Of a stretch of DNA of 64,000 bases, positions 1 to 8,216 are shown piece after piece. This DNA is from Campylobacteraceae bacterium (lineage in GTDB: Bacteria > Campylobacterota > Campylobacteria > Campylobacterales > Sulfurovaceae), in contig JALWNT010000039.1 of NCBI GenBank assembly GCA_027080995.1, forward strand, positions 72,689-136,688, given 5' to 3'. The notes beneath the pieces are model-generated. The model did not search any database and was not told the origin of the DNA. It worked only from the letters and a program-made list of their open reading frames with translations. How positions within the stretch are numbered: position 1 is the first letter of the stretch; each line of letters opens with the position of its first letter. The position numbers and the translations under genes are program-made.

Positions 1-1
1 C

Positions 2-343
2 GATCGCAAAATACTCGATTGGGAGAAAGGGCTTCGCTACAGCAACGGAGACGAAGAGCTTTATGCGGGAATTTTGAAGGAGTTTTTCGATCAGTATCGC
101 CATTCCGATCGGCAACTCAAAGAGTGGATCACCGAGAAGAATTACGACGAGATCAAGGCGTTGGCTGTGGATTTGGAGGGGATCAGTGCCACCATCGGTG
201 CCGGACCATTCTATGATACGGTCACCCGTTTGCACCGTGTTGCCGAGCAGAAAGCCTATACGATGTTTCCGGATTTCATCGACGAATACAGTAAAGAGCT
301 ACGTGATTTAAACCGGGAAATCGAAAAGTACATCGAAGAATAA
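2..343 (+). CDS. HPt (histidine phosphotransfer)-like domain; 3' part of a gene that begins upstream of the window
   Basis: The frame is open from the window edge to TAA at 341-343. The translation ...ILDWEKGLRYSNGDEELYAGILKEFF...EIKALAVDLEGISATIGAG... follows the HPt helix pattern (LD...GD.EL...aHxLKGxSxxxGA). Confidence 0.55.
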   Translation, partial: DRKILDWEKGLRYSNGDEELYAGILKEFFDQYRHSDRQLKEWITEKNYDEIKALAVDLEGISATIGAGPFYDTVTRLHRVAEQKAYTMFPDFIDEYSKELRDLNREIEKYIEE

Positions 344-389
344 TCCCGAACGATAAAAAAATAATGAACATAATAAAGGAAAACATAGA

Positions 390-1991
390 ATGATCAGTAC
401 CGTCAATTTGACGCAACGTTACGGAAAGCGTGTGCTTTTCGACAAAATAAATCTCACATTGGATCCCGGGAAACGCTATGGACTTATCGGAGCCAACGGT
501 GCGGGAAAGTCGACCTTTATGAAAATATTGGCCGGTCAAATCGAGCCCAGTGAAGGGGAGGTCCAGATACAACCCGGTGCGAAGGTGGGAGTGCTGGGAC
601 AGAATCAGTATGCCTTCGAGGATTTTACACTCCACGATGCGGTCCTCTACGGCAATCCTCGCCTTTATGAAGCCGTCAAAGAGAAGGAACGCCTCTATAT
701 GGAGGGGAATTTCGACGACGAGAAGGTCAACGAACGTTTGGGCGAACTGGAAATGATCTGTGTTGAAGAGGATCCGACCTACGAGGCCGACGTCAGGATT
801 GAAAAATTGCTCACCTCACTGGGCTTTCCGGTCGAAACCCATCACAACCTCATGAGTTCACTTACCGGAGGAGACAAGTTTAAAATTCTTTTGGCACAGG
901 TGCTCTTTCTTCAGCCCGAAATCCTCCTGCTCGATGAGCCGACCAACAACCTGGACATGGAGACCATCGCCTGGCTCGAAGAGGAGTTACGACGCTACGA
1001 AGGGGTTTTGGTAGTAATTTCCCACGACCGGCACTTTCTCAATGCCGTCGTCACCCATATCCTCGATTTGGATTTTCAGACGATCCGGGAGTTTACCGGT
1101 ACCTACGACGATTGGTACATCGCCGCGAATCTGGTAGCCAAACAGCGGGAGATGGAGCGCAATAAAAAGCTCAAAGAGAAAGAGGAGTTGGAGAAGTTCA
1201 TCGCCCGGTTTAGCGCCAACGCCTCCAAGGCCCGACAGGCGACCAGTCGGCAGAAGCAGTTGGAAAAACTGCAGATCGAAGAGGTGCGTATCTCCAGCCG
1301 CCGGGATCCCTCCATCGTCTTCAAAGCGAGCCGGGAGATCGGCAACGAAGTCCTGGAGGTCCGGGATCTGGCCAAAAGTTATGCAGATCACAAAGTTTTC
1401 GAGGGCCTAAGCTTCAAAGTAAACAAAGGCGACAAAATTGCACTCATCGGTGCCAACGGCGTCGGAAAGACCACACTCCTGGAGATTTTAATGGGTCGGC
1501 TGGAGCCCGACGCCGGTACGGTCAAGTGGGGACAGACGGTCACTCCGACCTATTTCCCTCAGAATACAACAGAGATCGTCAAGGGGAAAGAGAAGCTCTA
1601 TCAATGGATCCAGAACCACAATCAGAAGTGGCACATCGATGAGATACGCAAATGTCTGGGACGTATGCTCTTTAGCGGGGAGGAGCAGGAGAAAGAGGTC
1701 GATGCCTGCTCCGGGGGGGAGAAACATCGGGTGATGATGTCCAAAATGATGATGGACAGCGCCAACTTTCTGGTTATGGACGAACCAGACAATCACTTGG
1801 ATCTTGAAGCGATCGTCGCTTTGGGCGAGGCACTGCACAATTACCGTGGAGGTGTGATTTGCGCGACGCATGACCGGGAACTCATCGATGCCTTCGCCAA
1901 TCGGATTCTACGGATCGAAGAGGATGGGACACTCACCGATTTTGAAGGAGACTACGAAGCCTTCGTTGCAGCGGAATCCGCGCCCCGCTGA
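390..1991 (+). CDS. ABC-F family ATPase (two ABC cassettes, no membrane domain)
   Basis: 533-aa ORF with two Walker A motifs (GANGAGKST, GANGVGKTT). It has two signature-like motifs (LTGGDKFK, CSGGEKHR) and two Walker B motifs (LLLDEPTNNLD, LVMDEPDNHLD). The cassettes are joined by a charged linker (KKLKEKEELEKF...). Confidence 0.9.
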   Translation: MISTVNLTQRYGKRVLFDKINLTLDPGKRYGLIGANGAGKSTFMKILAGQIEPSEGEVQIQPGAKVGVLGQNQYAFEDFTLHDAVLYGNPRLYEAVKEKERLYMEGNFDDEKVNERLGELEMICVEEDPTYEADVRIEKLLTSLGFPVETHHNLMSSLTGGDKFKILLAQVLFLQPEILLLDEPTNNLDMETIAWLEEELRRYEGVLVVISHDRHFLNAVVTHILDLDFQTIREFTGTYDDWYIAANLVAKQREMERNKKLKEKEELEKFIARFSANASKARQATSRQKQLEKLQIEEVRISSRRDPSIVFKASREIGNEVLEVRDLAKSYADHKVFEGLSFKVNKGDKIALIGANGVGKTTLLEILMGRLEPDAGTVKWGQTVTPTYFPQNTTEIVKGKEKLYQWIQNHNQKWHIDEIRKCLGRMLFSGEEQEKEVDACSGGEKHRVMMSKMMMDSANFLVMDEPDNHLDLEAIVALGEALHNYRGGVICATHDRELIDAFANRILRIEEDGTLTDFEGDYEAFVAAESAPR

Positions 1992-2122
1992 ATATAGGCG
2001 AGCTCCTTTCCTCTCCTTTTGTTGCTTTTTAATTTTTCCTCTTTTTATTCCAATTTTTATGCTTTTTCCAACTTTTTTACCAAAAAATTCAAATAATAAT
2101 ATTTTTAAAATTTTCCCTTAGC

Positions 2123-2128
2123 TATAAT
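2123..2128 (+). promoter_or_regulatory. Candidate -10 hexamer (TATAAT) for the 2187-8147 operon
   Basis: TATAAT sits in a very AT-rich 190-nt gap with phased T-tracts upstream. It lies 59 nt before the ATG at 2187, and an AGGAGG RBS is at about 2177. Confidence 0.4.
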
Positions 2129-2186
2129 ACTCCGAGATCGCATAAAGCTACATCTAAGAAAATAAGCGATCGAAAGAGGAGGAAAA

Positions 2187-3281
2187 ATGGGATTGTTCGA
2201 TTGGATCGGCGGTCAATTTATTGACGTGATCGAATGGACAGACGATAGTCACGATACGATGGTTTGGCGTTTTCCACGCCAGGGTAATGAGATCAAATAC
2301 GGAGCGAAGCTCATCGTCCGGGAGAGTCAGGTGGCGGTCTTCGTCAATGAAGGGGAGATCGCTGACGTGTTCGGCCCCGGAACATACGGGTTGGAGACAC
2401 AGAATCTGCCGATCCTGACCAGTCTGCAGCACTGGGATCACGGTTTCAATTCGCCCTTCAAGGCGGAAGTCTACTTTCTCAACACCAAACGGTTCACCGA
2501 CCTGAAGTGGGGGACCAAAAACCCCATCATGCTGCGGGATCCCGAGTTTGTCATGGTGCGTCTGCGGGCCTTCGGGACCTACGAGATTCGCATCGCCGAC
2601 CCCGAGGTCTTTCTCAAGGAGATCGTCGGCACCGACGGGCACTTCACCACCGACGAGATCGACGATCAGCTGAGCAACCTGATCCTCTCCAAGCTTCCGG
2701 TCGTCCTGGGCAACGACGAGACCCCGGCGCTGGACCTGGCGGCCAACTACGACCGTTTCGGCGAATACATCACCGAAGCGATCGCTCCCTATTTCGAAGA
2801 GTACGGCCTGGAATTGACTAAAATCCTCGTGGAAAACATTTCGCTTCCCCCGGAGGTGGAGAAGGCCCTCGATACCCGCAGCTCCCGGGCGATCAGCGGC
2901 AACCTCGACGAGCATATGAAATACCAGGCGGCTCAGGCATTGGGGAAAGAAGGCGGTATGGGCGAAATGGCCGGAATGGGAATGGGGCTGGCGATGGGGC
3001 AGCAGATGGCCCAGTCGATGGCCGCCGGCGTCGGCTCCGCCCAATCCTCCTCGCCGAGTGCCCCGCCGCCCCCGCCGCCTTCGGGTGCCGTCTGGTTCGT
3101 CGCCGTCGACGGGCAGAGCCGGGGGCCCTACGACGAGGCGGCCCTGCGGCGGATGGCCTCGGAGGGTTCGCTGACGCCGGAGAGTTACCTCTGGAGAGAG
3201 GGGTTCGAGGGTTGGCGCAGGGCCAAAGAGGTGATGCCGACGCTCTTCACGGCGGCTCCGCCCCCGCCGCCACCCGCGTAG
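2187..3281 (+). CDS. SPFH/band-7 domain protein (YdjI / virion-core-protein-like) with Pro-rich linker and GYF_2-like C-terminus
   Basis: 364 aa. The N-terminus is MGLFDWIGGQFIDVIEW...VAVFVNEGEIADVFGPGTYGLETQNLP. The linker is Met/Gly-rich and then PPPPPP. The C-terminus WFVAVDGQSRGPYDEAALRRMASEGSLTPESYLWREGFEGWRRAKEV fits the GYF_2 pattern. Confidence 0.8.
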   Translation: MGLFDWIGGQFIDVIEWTDDSHDTMVWRFPRQGNEIKYGAKLIVRESQVAVFVNEGEIADVFGPGTYGLETQNLPILTSLQHWDHGFNSPFKAEVYFLNTKRFTDLKWGTKNPIMLRDPEFVMVRLRAFGTYEIRIADPEVFLKEIVGTDGHFTTDEIDDQLSNLILSKLPVVLGNDETPALDLAANYDRFGEYITEAIAPYFEEYGLELTKILVENISLPPEVEKALDTRSSRAISGNLDEHMKYQAAQALGKEGGMGEMAGMGMGLAMGQQMAQSMAAGVGSAQSSSPSAPPPPPPSGAVWFVAVDGQSRGPYDEAALRRMASEGSLTPESYLWREGFEGWRRAKEVMPTLFTAAPPPPPPA

Positions 3282-3293
3282 GGCAAGGAGGGT

Positions 3294-4391
3294 GTGATGC
3301 GACGATTCGACGTCCGGCATTTCCCCTGTCCCTCCTGCGGTGCCGAGCAGGCGTTCGAGCCGGAAAAAGGAAGCCTGGCCTGCGAATACTGTGGCCACGA
3401 AGAGAAGATCGAGGCAAAGAGTCTCCCCACGGGCCATCCCATCGAAGAGGGCCTGGCCCAGGCAGAAACGATCGACGAAAAGCCGGGGGAAGTCTCCTGC
3501 CCCAAATGCGGCGCCTCCTACCCGCTGCCTGTACGGCGGGCCGCGACGCGCTGCCCCTATTGCGATACTCCGTCCCTTCGGGATTGGCTCAACCCGATCC
3601 TGCCCGACGGCGTCCTCCCCTTCCGGATCGCCGAAAAGGAGGCGCACCGACACTTTGCCGACTGGATCGGCACTCTCTGGTTCGCCCCCAACGAACTGCG
3701 CCATGTCGTCGACGCCCGCAAAAAACTGACCGGTTTCTACCTTCCACACTGGATATTCGATGCCGATACCCGGACCTTCTACCGGGGAGAGCGTGGAGAC
3801 GCCTATTACGTCACCGTGGAGCGGACACGGGTCGTGGACGGCAAAGAAAAACTGGTGCAGGAGCGGGAGCGCCGCATCCGATGGACGCCGGTGAGCGGAG
3901 ATGTGGCCCGCCGCTTCGACGACCTGTCGATCCCGGCGGAGGGGTCGCTGCCGCTCTCTTTGCTGCGGGATCTGGAACCCTGGCCTCTCAGAGATGCCCG
4001 GGCGGGGATGGAAGAGCGGGCGCTGTGCGGCTTCGAAGTACAGGAGTACGACCGTCCGTTGACGGAGGGGCACCGGGAAGCCCGTGAAAAGATGCAACAA
4101 AGAATCCGCCTGGATGTGTTGCGAGACATCGGAGGGGACGAGCAGCGGATCCATGCGCTTGATACCCGCTGGAGCGACGAACGTTTCAAGGAGTTGCTCC
4201 TGCCGGTCTGGACGACCCAATTTCATTATAAAGGGAGGGATTATTACTACGTCATCAACGGTGTGACGGGTACCGTCGCCGGGGAGCGTCCCTACAGCTA
4301 CTGGAAGATCGGAGCGTTGATCGGTATCGTGGTCGCACTCAGCCTGATCATCTATTTCTGGGATCAGATCCGCGCGGCCTTTGGAGGGTAG
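3294..4391 (+). CDS. Double zinc-ribbon protein with C-terminal transmembrane anchor (YdjG-like)
   Basis: 365 aa with an AAGGAGG RBS. It has two CxxC...CxxC ribbons (CPSC..CEYC and CPKC..CPYC). A single hydrophobic helix (IGALIGIVVALSLIIYFW) lies at the C-terminus. The gene starts 12 nt after the SPFH gene. Confidence 0.7.
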   Translation: MMRRFDVRHFPCPSCGAEQAFEPEKGSLACEYCGHEEKIEAKSLPTGHPIEEGLAQAETIDEKPGEVSCPKCGASYPLPVRRAATRCPYCDTPSLRDWLNPILPDGVLPFRIAEKEAHRHFADWIGTLWFAPNELRHVVDARKKLTGFYLPHWIFDADTRTFYRGERGDAYYVTVERTRVVDGKEKLVQERERRIRWTPVSGDVARRFDDLSIPAEGSLPLSLLRDLEPWPLRDARAGMEERALCGFEVQEYDRPLTEGHREAREKMQQRIRLDVLRDIGGDEQRIHALDTRWSDERFKELLLPVWTTQFHYKGRDYYYVINGVTGTVAGERPYSYWKIGALIGIVVALSLIIYFWDQIRAAFGG

Positions 4392-4430
4392 CCGGAAAGA
4401 CGGTTTTGGTTTAGTACAAAAGGAGGAGAA

Positions 4431-7133
4431 ATGAAATCGATGAACATTTTCAAACGGGTGGCACTGTTCTGGGTGCTGAGCCTGGTCGCACTTTTCGCCA
4501 ACCCCAAGGCGATGATTATCTTCGATGCGTCGGGGAGTATGTGGGGGCAGATCGACGGGATCAACAAGATCGTCATTGCCCGGGACGCCCTGCGGGATGT
4601 GGTCCGCAGCTGGAACCCGAAGGTCGATCTGGGGCTGACGGTCTACGGCCACCGGGTCAAAGGGGACTGCAACGACATTCAGACAGTCATCCCCGTCGGC
4701 CCGGTGAACAAAAAGCGGATGATCGATACCGTGATGCGGATCCAGCCCAAGGGGATGACGCCCATCGCCAAATCTCTACAGATCGTCGCCGAGAAATTCC
4801 GATCCAGCGAAGAGCCGGCGACGATCATCCTGATCTCCGACGGCAAAGAGAGTTGTGAGCAGGACCCTTGCGCCGTGGCCCGTTCGCTGAAGGCCCAGGG
4901 TATCAACTTCGTCGCCCACGTGGTGGGATTCAATGTCGATCGATCCACCGACCGGCAGCTCGCCTGTATCGCCAGAGCGACGGGAGGAGAATACTTCTCC
5001 GCCAAGAACGCCGCAGCCTTGAACCGGGCGATCAAAGTGATTGCCAAAAAGGTCGAAAAGCCGAACCCCAGGCCCAAACCGAAAGTTCCGGCTAAGACCA
5101 CCGTCAAAATCGAAGCCCACTACAAAACCCTGGGCCCCAGATCTTTGGCAGTCGCTGGAGTCCGCTGGCGGATAGAGCAGAACGGAAAAGTACTCTACGA
5201 AGGGGAGGACCAGTCGCCGACTTTCGAGGCAAAGCCTGGGACGATCCATATCCGGATGAGCTATGACCGAGGCACGAAGCCTCAGAAACTGGAAGGGGAT
5301 GCCCCGCTCAAAGCCCAAAAGAACAACTTCCTGGTCGTCTACATCGACAGCGGCACAGCGCTCATCGACACGAGAGAGATCGACGGCGGCCCGGAGGTCA
5401 AGAGCTCGGTACATATCTATCCCGCCGTCGGGAATGCCATCGAGGAAGGGAAAGAGTTCAGTCGATGCGTCACGGAACCGGGCAAACCCTGCGTCCGGAC
5501 CCTGCCTGTCGGAGGCTACCTGCTCACGGCGACCTATCGGGGCATGAAAATTTCGAAGAAATTTACGGTCGGCAGCGGAGAAAAGGTGCCGATCCATCTG
5601 GTTTTTCGCCCGACCGGCTGGGCCGAGTTCAGCGCTTCGGAGGCTGAAGGCGGACCCTGGGTCGACGGTTACGCGAGGCTCTTCACCCAAAAAACGGACA
5701 AGCACGTCGGCAATGTCGATACGGAGAAAGACGAGGCGGGACGCAAGAGACTGCCGGTGGGCAAATATGTCGCCGTGTTCCACTACAACCAATTCGAGAA
5801 AAAGGTTCCCTTCGAGATCAAAGCGGGAGAGACGACGAAGGTCCACGCGGTGATGGGTCAGACCGGTTGGGCGGAATTCAGCGCTTCGGAGGCTGAAGGC
5901 GGACCCTGGGTCGACGGTTACGCGAGGCTCTTCACCCAAAAAACGGACAAGCACGTCGGCAATGTTGATACGGAGAAAGACGAGGCGGGACGCAAGAGGC
6001 TGCCGGTGGGCAAATATGTTGCCGTGTTTCACTACAACCAATTTGAGAAAAAGGTTCCTTTCGAGATCAAAGCGGGAGAGACGACGAAGGTCCACGCGGT
6101 GATGGGGCAGACCGGCTGGGCGGAGTTCAGCGCTTCGGAGGCTGAAGGCGGACCCTGGGTCGACGGTTACGCGAAACTCTACGACCAAAAAAGGGACAAA
6201 CGGGTTGACAGCGTCGATTTGACGAAGGAAAAGGCGGGGCGCACAAGGCTGCCGGTGGGCAAATATGTTGCCGTGTTTCACTACAACCAATTCGAGAAAA
6301 AGGTTCCCTTCGAGATCAAGGCGGGAGAGACGACGAAGGTCCACGCGGTGATGGGGCAGACCGGCTGGGCCGAGTTCAGCGCTTCGGAGTCCAGAGGCGG
6401 CCCGTGGATCAAAACTTACGCGAAACTCTACGACCAGAAGAGGGACAAACGGGTTGACAGCGTCGATATGACGAAGGAAAAGGCGGGGCGTACAAGGCTT
6501 CCGGTGGGTAAATACTATGCCATCTCCAGGTATGACAACCTCAAAAAGAAGATTCCTTTCGAGATCAAAGCGGGAGAAACGACGAAGGTCCATATAGTCT
6601 TCGGCCAGATGCGGATCCGTGCCCGATGTACTGATCCCAAAGAGAGGGTGGAGTATGCGATTTACGCAAAGAGCGGCCGGCGGGTCGCCTACAAAAAAAC
6701 GCGCTGCTCCAAGCCCTGGAAGTTGGGACTCGACGATGGAAGTTATATCCTGGAGGTGAAAAGCGGTTCGATCAAAAAGCGAATCGGCTTCGAAACTGCA
6801 AAGAGCCGTTCGCTGGAGGTCGACCTCACACAAAACGAAGCCGTGCCTAAAAATACCGCGATTCAAAGCGGCGATGAGGCTGCTGCCCCCACGTCCGCTG
6901 CCGTCGATGCGGAAAAATCCCGAAGAAAAAGCGAAATGCACAAGGTTCCAAAGATAGACGATGAAATGAAAAAGATGCAGCAGGCGATGGAGATGATCCG
7001 TCAGATGGGACAGATGATGGGGGCGATGCAACAAGGAGGCAAACCGGCCGTCGGCACCGGAAAGAGTGGGAAAAATCCAAAAGAATCTTCCGTAGAAAAA
7101 GAGGCGGATGAAATTCAGCTGATGAACGAATAG
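4431..7133 (+). CDS. Exported von Willebrand factor A (VWA) domain protein with multiple beta-sandwich repeat modules and a Met/Gln-rich tail
   Basis: 900 aa with signal peptide MKSMNIFKRVALFWVLSLVALFA. The VWA domain has the MIDAS motif DASGSM ...ILISDGKES.... Four 83-aa tandem modules follow, flanked by diverged ones. The C-terminus is MKKMQQAMEMIRQMGQMMGAMQQ. Confidence 0.85.
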   Translation: MKSMNIFKRVALFWVLSLVALFANPKAMIIFDASGSMWGQIDGINKIVIARDALRDVVRSWNPKVDLGLTVYGHRVKGDCNDIQTVIPVGPVNKKRMIDTVMRIQPKGMTPIAKSLQIVAEKFRSSEEPATIILISDGKESCEQDPCAVARSLKAQGINFVAHVVGFNVDRSTDRQLACIARATGGEYFSAKNAAALNRAIKVIAKKVEKPNPRPKPKVPAKTTVKIEAHYKTLGPRSLAVAGVRWRIEQNGKVLYEGEDQSPTFEAKPGTIHIRMSYDRGTKPQKLEGDAPLKAQKNNFLVVYIDSGTALIDTREIDGGPEVKSSVHIYPAVGNAIEEGKEFSRCVTEPGKPCVRTLPVGGYLLTATYRGMKISKKFTVGSGEKVPIHLVFRPTGWAEFSASEAEGGPWVDGYARLFTQKTDKHVGNVDTEKDEAGRKRLPVGKYVAVFHYNQFEKKVPFEIKAGETTKVHAVMGQTGWAEFSASEAEGGPWVDGYARLFTQKTDKHVGNVDTEKDEAGRKRLPVGKYVAVFHYNQFEKKVPFEIKAGETTKVHAVMGQTGWAEFSASEAEGGPWVDGYAKLYDQKRDKRVDSVDLTKEKAGRTRLPVGKYVAVFHYNQFEKKVPFEIKAGETTKVHAVMGQTGWAEFSASESRGGPWIKTYAKLYDQKRDKRVDSVDMTKEKAGRTRLPVGKYYAISRYDNLKKKIPFEIKAGETTKVHIVFGQMRIRARCTDPKERVEYAIYAKSGRRVAYKKTRCSKPWKLGLDDGSYILEVKSGSIKKRIGFETAKSRSLEVDLTQNEAVPKNTAIQSGDEAAAPTSAAVDAEKSRRKSEMHKVPKIDDEMKKMQQAMEMIRQMGQMMGAMQQGGKPAVGTGKSGKNPKESSVEKEADEIQLMNE
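5613..6608 (+). repeat. 4 x 249-bp in-frame tandem repeat inside the VWA gene
   Basis: Units start at 5613, 5862, 6111 and 6360 (ACCGG[CT]TGGGC...). Units 1 and 2 differ at 10 of 249 nt (hand alignment). Units 3 and 4 carry a different central segment. Confidence 0.95.
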
Positions 7134-7142
7134 GGGGAGAAA

Positions 7143-8147
7143 ATGGAATACAGAAAAATCTCGGCAGGAATGGCTCTGGTGATCACCCTGAGCCTGAGTG
7201 CAGCGGCGGTGACCTTCAAAAAATACGAGGTGCGGAGCGGAAAGGTGAGTTACACGATCCGCGGCAGTGGCAACGTCATGGGAGCGGCCCAGGAGCTGGC
7301 GGGCAAGAAACGTCTGATCTTCGATCAATACGGATTTCGGGAGTTGGAAGAGGAGGCGACGGTGGAAAAGGTCAATGTCTTGGGGCAAATGCACAAGGAA
7401 AAGCGGCACACTCTCGTATTTAGAAACGGCACGAAGGTCAAAATCGCCGATTTCCGGCGCAGGACGATCACCGAAACGGAGCCTCCGGGTATGGCGATGA
7501 TGATCGCCGCGGCCAAACAGAATCTCACCCAGATGGGGGAGGAATTTCTCAAAAAGATGGGAGGACGGAAAGTAGGGACCGATACGGTGGCCGGTTATCG
7601 ATGCGATGTCTGGAAGCTGCCGATCGTGACGCAGTGCATTTACAAAGGGGTGCCTTTGCGTATCGAGAGCGACGTAATGGGGATGCATCAAGTCACAATA
7701 GCGACCAAAGCAAAATTCGATGTTCCGGTTACGCAGAGCGACTACAAACTCCCCGATTTCCCCGTTCGACAGCTTCCCGCCTATCCCGGTACGCCGCAGG
7801 GCACACTTTCGGTCGAGGAGATGGGTCGCATGATGGGCGCTTTGCAACGCGGTATGAAAAGTCCGCATACAGCCTCTCCGCTCGCTTTGATGAAACAGGA
7901 GGCACTGGCACAGTTGCCTGCCTACAAATCCCTCCGAAAATGTCTCGAGAAGAGTGAAAATCTTTCGGAGGCGAATGGGTGTGAAAGAGTCTTCAGCGAA
8001 CGAATCGGTACCCCATCTCAACCGATCGATCACTGGGACGATGCGATCAAAAAATCAGCCCTGCAAGAGATCGATGAGGCACTGGATGCGTTCAAATGTA
8101 TGCAAAAGGCTAAAAGTATGGAGGCTCTGCAACGCTGTGCCCCATGA
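7143..8147 (+). CDS. Secreted protein of unknown function; paralogue of 56120-57253
   Basis: 334 aa with a hydrophobic N-terminus (MALVITLSLSAAAV) and an RBS GGGGGAG. It starts 9 nt after the VWA gene. Blocks shared with the distant paralogue include GTDTVAGYRCDVWKL..CIYKGVPLRIESD and DYKLPDFPV. Confidence 0.7.
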   Translation: MEYRKISAGMALVITLSLSAAAVTFKKYEVRSGKVSYTIRGSGNVMGAAQELAGKKRLIFDQYGFRELEEEATVEKVNVLGQMHKEKRHTLVFRNGTKVKIADFRRRTITETEPPGMAMMIAAAKQNLTQMGEEFLKKMGGRKVGTDTVAGYRCDVWKLPIVTQCIYKGVPLRIESDVMGMHQVTIATKAKFDVPVTQSDYKLPDFPVRQLPAYPGTPQGTLSVEEMGRMMGALQRGMKSPHTASPLALMKQEALAQLPAYKSLRKCLEKSENLSEANGCERVFSERIGTPSQPIDHWDDAIKKSALQEIDEALDAFKCMQKAKSMEALQRCAP

Positions 8148-8210
8148 GGGGAGTCACTCTTGTGTGCCTGTCAAAATGTCTTTTTTCCTCTTCATGTCGA
8201 GACCGACGGG

Positions 8211-8216
8211 TATAAT
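8211..8216 (+). promoter_or_regulatory. Candidate -10 hexamer (TATAAT) in the 8148-8667 non-coding gap
   Basis: GACGGGTATAATCCC is preceded by a T-rich stretch (AAAATGTCTTTTTTCCTCTTC). There is no convincing -35 element. Confidence 0.3.

Noticed and set aside
2154-4652. 832-aa ORF on the minus strand spanning the SPFH and zinc-ribbon genes
   Set aside because: It is antisense to two genes with clear family motifs and RBSs. Its composition (Arg/Pro/Gly/His-rich) is typical of shadow frames in GC-rich DNA. It has no RBS or recognisable domain.
5613-6608. 249-bp repeats as an assembly artefact or a non-coding satellite
   Set aside because: The units are in frame (249 = 83 codons) and lie inside a long ORF with a signal peptide and a VWA domain. 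They differ from each other at specific positions, so they are not collapsed identical copies. Long-read confirmation of the copy number is still advisable.
4776-8033. 1085-aa ORF on the minus strand opposite the VWA gene and the following gene
   Set aside because: It is a shadow ORF: it mirrors the tandem repeats of the forward gene, is Arg/Leu/His/Phe-rich, crosses a forward-strand gene boundary and shows no domain signature.
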